This document shows positions 50,591 through 59,672 of a stretch of DNA of 64,000 bases, piece by piece. The notes under the pieces are model-generated. The model did not search any database. It was not told the DNA's origin and saw only the letters and a program-made list of their open reading frames with translations. How positions within the stretch are numbered: position 1 is the first letter of the stretch; each line of letters opens with the position of its first letter. A program made the translations under genes and the position numbers. This DNA comes from Neocallimastix sp. 'constans' (taxonomy: Eukaryota), in contig JBODTK010000149.1 in assembly GCA_050613775.1 (NCBI GenBank), positions 186,001 to 250,000 on the forward strand, read 5' to 3'.

Positions 50591-53500
50591 ACAATGGACT
50601 TCAACAGAAGTCCAATATAATAAAAAACACAAGAATTCTTCATTATAATTTTCCTACATTTAATAATGTAGTAAATAAAAAATTACCTTCAACTTTCCTT
50701 TTATTTGATACATATATTCCAACATCATTTTCAAATAATATAAAAAATATTAAAAATGATAATAATAAATTAAAAACTGAATCTATGTTAGATTCAGGCT
50801 CCTTCTGTAATTTTATTACAGAAGATTTAGTAAAAACTTTAAACTTGAAAAAATATAATTTAAAATCAAAAATTTTAGTCAAAGGAATTTCTGGTGATAC
50901 AACCCAGATAAAGAATTATGTTTGGCTAAAATTTCAAATTAAAATTAATGGAAATAAAAAAGTTTATTTTAAAAATTTTAAAGAAAAATTTTTAATTTCG
51001 AATTGTATTCCAACAAAATTACTTTTTGGAAATCAATTTATGAGGAAGTTTCATATTCATTACGATTATAATAAAAACTTCCTATATTCTTATTTAGATT
51101 CTCACTTTTATAACAAAATTAATAAAAATGCTAATAAAAATCCACAATATTATTCTTGGTTTAATTCAGTGATAAAAAGATTTTTAAAAAATTATTTTTT
51201 AAAACATAAATTCATAAAAAAATTTAATTATACAAAAAATTCAAAAAATTTCAAAAATTTTAATCAAAATAAATTAAATTTTAAACTTAATAAATATAAA
51301 AAATTTCTTCATAAAAAATTTAATTTTTTAACCAATAAAACATTTTTTAAATTAAAAAACAATCACCAAAATAAAAAATATAAAATTAATAATAAATTTA
51401 ACTATAATTATTTAATTTATTCATTTTTAACAAATAAAGAAAATTATGAAGAAGATATTGAAGATATAAAAATCGAAAATATTCCGCTTCAATATCGAGA
51501 TTTGGCTGTTGTATTTAGTAAGAAAGAAGCAGATAAACTACCACCACATCGTTTAACTGACTGTAAAATAGTTTTAGAAAAGGATGCTTCTCTTCATTAT
51601 GGACCTATCTACCCATTATCTGAAGAAGAAAATAAAGTTTTAAAAGAATATATAGAAGAAAATTTAAAGAAGGGATTTATTAGACCTTCTGAATCTCCAG
51701 CTGGTTATCCTGTCTTATTTCAAAAAAAGAAAGATGGTTCTTTAAGATTGTGTGTGGATTACAAAAAGTTAAACGCTGTTACCATTAGAAATTCATATCC
51801 TCTTCCACTTATTAATGATATCATTGAAAAGGTTAAAAGTGCAAAATATTTCACAAAATTAGATCTAAGATCTGCCTATAACCTAATTCGTATAAAAGAG
51901 GGGGATGAATATAAAACAGCTTTTCGAACTAAATATGGTCATTACGAATATCTCGTAATGCCTTTTGGGTTGAAAAATGCCCCAGCCACTTTCCAATCAT
52001 TTATTAATTCTGTACTCAGACCTTATTTGGAAAAAAGTGTTATTTTATATTTGGATGATATTTTAATTTATTCTGAGGATTTGGAAGAACATCACAAACA
52101 AGTAAGAAGTGTATTACAAACTTTAATTAATAATAATTTATACGCAAAATTAGAAAAATGTGAATTCGATAAAGAAAAAGTTGAATTCCTAGGTTACATT
52201 TTATCTGGTGATGGTGTATCTACTGACCCAAAGAAAATTAAATCTATAGAAGAGTGGCCAACTCCGAAAAATATTAAAGAAGTACAACGATTTTTAGGCT
52301 TATGTAATTACTATAGGAGATTCGTAAAAAATTTTGCAAAAATAGCTAAGCCTCTCCATAATTTAACAAGAAAAAATACAAAATTTATTTGGGATACAAA
52401 TTGTGAAAATTCATTTAAATTATTAAAAAGTAAATTAACTACTTCTCCAGTACTGCATCACCCAGATGTAACTAAACCATTCATAGTAGAATGTGATGCA
52501 AGTAACTATGCTATAGGTGCTGTTTTATCTCAGAAAGATGAAAATAATAAATTACATCCTGTTGCTTACTTTTCAAGAAGTTTACAAGGCTCCGAAATAA
52601 ATTATACCATTACAGAAAAAGAGTTATTAGCTATTAGAGATTCTTTCTTAACTTGGCGACATCTTTTACTTGGTGCAAAACATAAAATTACTGTCTATAC
52701 TGACCATAGAAATTTAATCTATACTTTAGGAGGAAAAGTTGGTAATCAAAGACAGCATAGATGGCACTTATTCTTTCAGGAATATGATTTCCAACTTATA
52801 TATAGACAAGGAACTAAAAATGGGAAACCAGATAGTCTTTCAAGAAGACCTGACTATATGAAGAATAACGAAGATATTAAACCAGAAAATATATTAGATA
52901 TTAAAAATGTAAAAGAAGTTCCCTGTTTTGTAGGAATTATGAGTAATTTACTAGAAAAAATTATTGATGCTATTAAAGAAGATGCTACTGCTGAAGATAT
53001 TAAATTATACTTTAGTGAAAACAATATTAAAAATAATTATGCTTATAAACCATTTAGGAAAATGGAAAGATTTAAAATAAAAGATAATATTATATTATAT
53101 AACAATTTAATTTATATTCCTGAATCACTTAGATTAGAAATTTTAGAAAAATATCATGAAAAACCCACTTCTGGACATCTTGGTATAAGAAGAACTCTAG
53201 AACTAATTACAAGAAACTTTTGGTGGCCAAAAATACATGAAGATGTTACAAGTTATGTTAATTCTTGTGAATGTTGTGCAAGAAACAAGGTTAATAGACA
53301 TAGAAAATATGGTCTTTTACAACCTTTAGATACTCCTGATAGACCTTGGAAGTCTATCGAAATTGATTTTCTATGTGGTCTTCCTTATTCTAAAGGATAC
53401 ACCGTTATTATGGTAGTTGTTGATCGTTTCTCTAAGATGATTCATTTAATTCCGTTTAAACAAATACCTGATGCCAAACAAACTGCCAAAGCTTTCATTA

Positions 53501-54417
53501 CAAATATATTTAAACTACACGGATTGCCTTGTGATATGTATACAGATAGAGGATCTCAATTTACAAGTGCTCTTTGGAAAGAAGTAATGGAATATTTAAA
53601 CATTAAATCAAAAATCGCTACAACTGACCATCATGAAACAGTTGGTCAAGTTGAAAGGTGTAATTCTTTTATTGAACAATATTTAAGAGCTTACTCAAGA
53701 TCATATTATCATGATGATTGGATTGAATGGATTCACCTTGCTGAATTTGTTTATAATAACTCCATTAATGAATCTACAAAAGAAACACCCTTCTTTATTA
53801 ATTATTGTTTTCATCCATCTATGGATGAATTTTTCTTATTACCTGATATTGATACTAATAATAAAATTATTAAGGACTTAAGCATGAACTTTAATCATAT
53901 TAAAGATGTTTTATTAAGGTCAAAAGAACTATATAAAATACACGCAGATAAAAAGAGAATGCCACCTCCAATATTTAAAGAAAATGATTTAGTTTGGATA
54001 CAAGCTCCTCCATCACTAAATATCGAAGATAGTTCAAAGTTAGCTCCTTGTAAATATGGACCATATAAAGTAATAGATGTTCTGAATAATCATAATTATA
54101 AAATAGATATTAAAAGGTCACCTTTTCCAAAACATCATCCTATATTCCATGTTTCGGAGTTAGAACCTTTTATTCCAACACCTCAAAAGTTTTTAAAAAG
54201 AAGAACTCATGATGAATCTGTTAATGATATAATTGAAATCTCAGGATTTAGAACTAATTATAAAAAGAATCAATATGAATACAGAATCAGGTATAAATAT
54301 AGAACTGCTTACAATTGGGTTCCTTCATACGAAGTTGAAAATAACCCCCGAAATCAAAATATTTATTTACAATATTTACAAAATGGAAGAAAACCTATTT
54401 CAATAGCTTATAACTAA
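50581..54417 (+). CDS. pol: Pol of element C (PR-RT-RNase H-IN-chromo-like), -1 frame relative to gag
   Basis: Same motifs as B. The -1 frame is open from 50578 through the Met at 50785. Confidence 0.95.
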   Translation, partial: KKLNNGLQQKSNIIKNTRILHYNFPTFNNVVNKKLPSTFLLFDTYIPTSFSNNIKNIKNDNNKLKTESMLDSGSFCNFITEDLVKTLNLKKYNLKSKILVKGISGDTTQIKNYVWLKFQIKINGNKKVYFKNFKEKFLISNCIPTKLLFGNQFMRKFHIHYDYNKNFLYSYLDSHFYNKINKNANKNPQYYSWFNSVIKRFLKNYFLKHKFIKKFNYTKNSKNFKNFNQNKLNFKLNKYKKFLHKKFNFLTNKTFFKLKNNHQNKKYKINNKFNYNYLIYSFLTNKENYEEDIEDIKIENIPLQYRDLAVVFSKKEADKLPPHRLTDCKIVLEKDASLHYGPIYPLSEEENKVLKEYIEENLKKGFIRPSESPAGYPVLFQKKKDGSLRLCVDYKKLNAVTIRNSYPLPLINDIIEKVKSAKYFTKLDLRSAYNLIRIKEGDEYKTAFRTKYGHYEYLVMPFGLKNAPATFQSFINSVLRPYLEKSVILYLDDILIYSEDLEEHHKQVRSVLQTLINNNLYAKLEKCEFDKEKVEFLGYILSGDGVSTDPKKIKSIEEWPTPKNIKEVQRFLGLCNYYRRFVKNFAKIAKPLHNLTRKNTKFIWDTNCENSFKLLKSKLTTSPVLHHPDVTKPFIVECDASNYAIGAVLSQKDENNKLHPVAYFSRSLQGSEINYTITEKELLAIRDSFLTWRHLLLGAKHKITVYTDHRNLIYTLGGKVGNQRQHRWHLFFQEYDFQLIYRQGTKNGKPDSLSRRPDYMKNNEDIKPENILDIKNVKEVPCFVGIMSNLLEKIIDAIKEDATAEDIKLYFSENNIKNNYAYKPFRKMERFKIKDNIILYNNLIYIPESLRLEILEKYHEKPTSGHLGIRRTLELITRNFWWPKIHEDVTSYVNSCECCARNKVNRHRKYGLLQPLDTPDRPWKSIEIDFLCGLPYSKGYTVIMVVVDRFSKMIHLIPFKQIPDAKQTAKAFITNIFKLHGLPCDMYTDRGSQFTSALWKEVMEYLNIKSKIATTDHHETVGQVERCNSFIEQYLRAYSRSYYHDDWIEWIHLAEFVYNNSINESTKETPFFINYCFHPSMDEFFLLPDIDTNNKIIKDLSMNFNHIKDVLLRSKELYKIHADKKRMPPPIFKENDLVWIQAPPSLNIEDSSKLAPCKYGPYKVIDVLNNHNYKIDIKRSPFPKHHPIFHVSELEPFIPTPQKFLKRRTHDESVNDIIEISGFRTNYKKNQYEYRIRYKYRTAYNWVPSYEVENNPRNQNIYLQYLQNGRKPISIAYN

Positions 54418-54435
54418 AATGATAATAATAATATT

Positions 54436-54481
<46 letters not shown>

Positions 54482-57169
54482 GAAATTTTATTTTTTATTA
54501 TTATTAATTCGTTTTTAAATTTTATTTTATTATTATCAATTTTTCAGTCAAATTTCAATTTCAAAATTTCGAAATTTTCAAAATTTTCAAAATTCAAAAA
54601 CATAGCTATGTTACACTTACAACTATCAATTTATAATCAAATTTTATTCATAAATTCATTAATTATTATAATTTTCAATTTTTTTAAAGTTAATGCATAA
54701 AATTAAAAAGTTAATTGAAATTAAAATTTCAAAATTTCAATTTCAAAAATTTTTAATCAAAAACATTTAAAAATGGTACCATCATATTCTTAAACATCAA
54801 TTTTTATAACAAAATTTTAATTTTATTAAATTTTAGAAATTTCAAAATTTCAATGAAATGGTCACTTATAAAGGGTTTCCTTTTAAAATTTAAAAGGACT
54901 CAAGTGGCCTTCCTCCTTTATAAATTAAAAAAATTTTAATTTAAGAAATTTCAAAAAATTTTTAACAAAAAATTTAGTCCTCCTTATCGTTACACAAAAA
55001 TCGTCTTGAATCCGATTTTTATAGGAGGGCATTGTTGAAATTATAACTGAATTGAAATCTCAATTTCAGTTATTCACATTTCAATATACATTTAATTAAT
55101 AATTAATATAAACTCTTATTTAGTATTTAAAGAATTATCTTAGGCCTAATAATTCTGAAAATATTAATAAATAAGATTTATATTAATAATTTCAATTATT
55201 TACATATGACGTCACATGTATTTATTTATATTATGTTTATATATATGTTTATATCATATATATTAATTACTATTTTTAATTATTCAAATTAATTATACAA
55301 ATTAAATTTATTTAATTATATTAAATATTTTAAACATATCGATATTGTTATTATTTTAATATTTTATTAATATTCATTTTACTATATTATTATTATCTTA
55401 TAATTAAATACTATTATTATGTAACTTACAAAGTATAAAAGAAAGATGTAAAAATCTATCTTTTATGTTCTTTGTAAGGTTATTGTATTTACAATAATTA
55501 TATACTAATAATTCAATAAATAAATATTTTCATAAATCCTTCAAAGAAATTATTATTTAAAATATTCTTAGATATTAAGTGTTTAAATAACTTAACTATT
55601 TATCTTATATTATTTTTATATTATTATTAATTAATTATTGTTGGATTATTGATATATAATTCAACATATTAACCTAGTAACGTTATTAATCATAAAACTA
55701 TTTTATATCTTAATTTTAACATACAAATTAACATTAATTATTACTAATTAACATTAATTTGAGAAAATAAAATTAAATATAATTAAATAAATATAAAATA
55801 ATATAAATAAATAATTATACTTAACTTAAATATAAGATAGAGTTTATTATAGAAAGTTTATAATAAACAATAACACAAAAGGAATAAAAGACACAAATAT
55901 TTATAAAATATGTTTTATTTAAAAGGTTTTGGTTTATTAATTAATTAGTTTATTTGAATTATTATTTATTATAAAAATTCTAAAATAATAACTCTTGATT
56001 TCTCGAAGAGAACTCAAGAGAATCAAATATATATAAATTAATAATTAAATATTATTGGTTAAAATAAATACAATAATTTAATGTATTAAATTAATGTATT
56101 AAATAAGAAAGATAGATAAATTTTATAATAAAATAATAAATTTATCTAAGTTTCTTACATTGCTCCCTTTACTTAATGAATTTGTATAAATTCATTATTA
56201 TATAGGAAGTAGTATATTTAAAATAAAAATTATAATTAACCAAAAAAAATATAAATTTAAATAATTTATTGAAAGTTTTGCTAACCTTAACTTTTTAACA
56301 TCTAGAGAAAAGATTAGAGGAAAAACTCTAGACGAATCAATATTAAGTAAAACCAATTAACTTGGGAAAACCTTAATATTGTTTTCTAACTAATATATAA
56401 ATATAAGTGAATAAATAATTATAAATTAAATAAAATAAATATAATTATTAAGTGTATAAATAAATATAAAATTAAATAAAATGACTATATTATTAAATGA
56501 ATAAATAAATATTAAATTAAATAAATTATAATAACTAAGAAATGTAAATAAATTATTAATAAATTTATTTGTATTTCTTACATTGCTCCTTTTCATTTGA
56601 ATTGTTCAATGAAAGAAGAACAATTTAAAAAATAATAAATTAAGAAATATTAAAAAGAAATAAAATTTAAATAAAATTAAAATAAATATTTAATTGCAAT
56701 TTCAATTTAAAAAAATGAAATTTAAATTTTGAATTAAAATTTATTTTAAATAAATAATTAAATAAACAATAATTTATAAATTTATATTGTATATTATATA
56801 TATTTTGTATTAATAAATAAATAAATAATAATAATAATAATTAATTTTACAATATATATATATTATATATTATTCATTAAATGAATGAAAATAATAATAA
56901 TAATTTGAATTATATATTATATATTATATATTTTTCATATTTATTAAATAAATAATAACATTTTATTATTTATATTATATATATGTTATATTATTCATTA
57001 GATAAATAAATAAGTAATAATCTAAATTATACATATGAATTATTTATTAAATAAATAAATAATAATATTTTATAATTTTTTATATTAAATTTTATATGTA
57101 TATTTTGAAATATGTATTAAATAAATAATAATAATATTTTATAATTTTTTATATTACATATATATATAT

Positions 57170-57224
<55 letters not shown>

Positions 57225-57528
57225 GATATAACGAGATATAGCTTTTGCCGATATCTGTTTTAACAAAGGGCAATTAGTAATTAACAATTATATTATTAAT
57301 AATAATATATTATTTCAATTACGTAGAAGTGAATTTCAATTTTTATATCACTTCAGCCCTAGTGTTAATATCTATATGTGATCATAGAACATTGTAATTA
57401 TATATTTAAATATATCTTATAATTTTTTAAAATTTTATTTTCGTTCGTATGATCAATATTAAAAACTTTTTATTATTATTATTTATTATTATTATTACTT
57501 TATTTATCATAATTATAATTTTATTTAC

Positions 57529-57598
<70 letters not shown>

Positions 57599-57782
57599 TA
57601 ATTTATTTATTTTTTATTTTTATTTATTTTAAAGAAAAGAAAACTGAACAACTTATCTTTTAAATTATTAATTTATTTTATTTATTTTTTGTTTTTTGTT
57701 TGTTTATTTGTTAGTTTTGTTTTGTTTCCTGCTTTGTTGCTTTGTTTGTTGCTTATTTTACTTTATTTTATTTTTTTATTTT

Positions 57783-57818
<36 letters not shown>

Positions 57819-59672
57819 GAAATATATATATAATGTATATAATGTTATATATAAGAACAATTATATAATATTAAAATATAATATAAATATAATATTATAA
57901 TAGATAAACATGATATATAAAATAAAATAAAGTAAAATAGTTAGTATGTAATATTGTTAATTTTTATGAAATTTATAAGACTTATTTTTAAAAGTAAATA
58001 GGCAGAGTAAACAGAATAAGTGTTGTCATATTATTATAAAGTTATAATGTTTAATATATATAATAATAAAGAATTGTTAGTCAATGTAATAATAAATTAA
58101 ACAAAATAAATAATATATATATGACATAAACAAACATAAACAATGAAAAGAAAAATAAAAAATAAACAAAAAAAAAAATTATAAATTTAAATTGAGAGAA
58201 AGAAAAAATTTCGTAAATAATATAAAATGAATTTATTTAATTTAATTATTCCATTATAATTATAATTATTATTTTTTGTTATATTCATATTAAATTATTT
58301 ATAAAATATTTTCTTCCTAAAAAGAAGAGTTATTATTGTAAGAAATTACTTATAAAATTAATTATAAATAATTTCTTAACTACAAATTAACATTAATTAT
58401 TACTAATTAACATTAATTTGAGAAAATAAAATTAAATATAATTAAATAAATATAAAATAATATAAATAAATAATTATACTTAACTTAAATATAAGATAGA
58501 GTTTATTATAGAAAGTTTATAATAAACAATAACACAAAAGGAATAAAAGACACAAATATTTATAAAATATGTTTTATTTAAAAGGTTTTGGTTTATTAAT
58601 TAATTAGTTTATTTGAATTATTATTTATTATAAAAATTCTAAAATAATAACTCTTGATTTCTCGAAGAGAACTCAAGAGAATCAAATATATATAAATTAA
58701 TAATTAAATATTATTGGTTAAAATAAATACAATAATTTAATGTATTAAATTAATGTATTAAATAAGAAAGATAGATAAATTTTATAATAAAATAATAAAT
58801 TTATCTAAGTTTCTTACAAAAATAATACAGAATGAACAAATAATACTAATTGTGCTAGAATAATATAAATTATTCTAACCTTATAGATTATTCTATTCTA
58901 TATAATTGGAACTTTCCAATATTCTTCAAATATTACTAAATAGAAATCTTAAGTTAATAAATCACTAATTAACTTATAATTCCTTTTTGAATTATCGATC
59001 CGATTCCATTATAATGTATTAAAAATCTTTAGCCAAGAATATTGTCCTTGCCCACTTAATATATTAATATTATATTTCTTTTGTATTATGTTATATTGAA
59101 AATAATCAAATCTATTTAATTAGTTATTAAAATTTTCGTTATCAATTTAAATTTATTTTTAATTACTAAATTTAACTAAACCACAATAAAATATTCTGTA
59201 TAATCTCTTTATTTTTATTTTATATATATTAGTATTAAACTATTATTAAATAATTAATAATTCAATAATATATAACTACTATTTATAACAATAATATTAT
59301 TAACTAAAATAATAATTCAATTTCAATTTAAATGTTTTATTTATAAAAATAATTAGTAATTAGTTTATTAAAAAAATAGTTAGGCTTTACAAATTTTAAT
59401 TTGATAAAAAAAATATAAATACATGTAATTTTAGTGAAATAAAATATAATCAATAACTTTCTTTTTATTAAATAAATAATTATATTATTATTTTTCTTTT
59501 ATAAATTTAAATAAATAAATATTGATTTTAAAACAAATTATTTTTTTTTTATTGTAATTTTATTATTTGTGTTAATTATTATTATATTCCTAAAATTATA
59601 TGAACCATACCAAAAAAAAGAGGATTTTAAATATAAAAAACCTAAATCAATTAAAATGCTTTTTTTTTTTTT

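Larger units (their letters stand above)
48791..55721 (+). mobile_element. Element C: intact Ty3/Gypsy LTR retrotransposon, sister family of B
   Basis: About 689-bp LTRs 48791-49479 and 55033-55721 (near-identical). TSD TACAA (48786-48790 and 55722-55726). PPT AGGAGGGCAT at 55023-55032. Confidence 0.97.
41719..58818 (-). mobile_element. Element A: non-autonomous LTR retroelement (~3.1 kb without nested inserts; TRIM/LARD-like)
   Basis: 482-bp LTRs TGTAAGAAA...TTTCTTACA: 5' LTR 58337-58818; 3' LTR split into 41719-41767 and 55727-56159. TSD AAAAT (41714-41718 and 58819-58823). PPT AAAGGGAGCAA (56170-56160). No substantial ORF in 56160-58336. Confidence 0.92.

Noticed and set aside
44621..54700. 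Short ORFs overlapping B and C (44621, 49942, 50400, 50441, 50643, 54479) as extra or env-like genes
   Set aside because: Short, low-complexity, and not shared between the two sister elements.
56160..56170. TTGCTCCC after A's left LTR as a tRNA-Ile PBS
   Set aside because: Lacks TGG and matches only 5 nt; it reads as a polypurine tract on the minus strand, and a self-priming PBS exists at the other LTR.
57222..57455. Hammerhead/twister ribozyme, 5S or U2 RNA in element A
   Set aside because: No CUGANGA...GAAA core in the right stem context, no twister pseudoknot motifs, and only trivial similarity to U2 or 5S; kept only as an unclassified structure.
58830..59100. Coding-like minus-strand fragment next to element A
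   Set aside because: Multiple stops and no recognisable motif.
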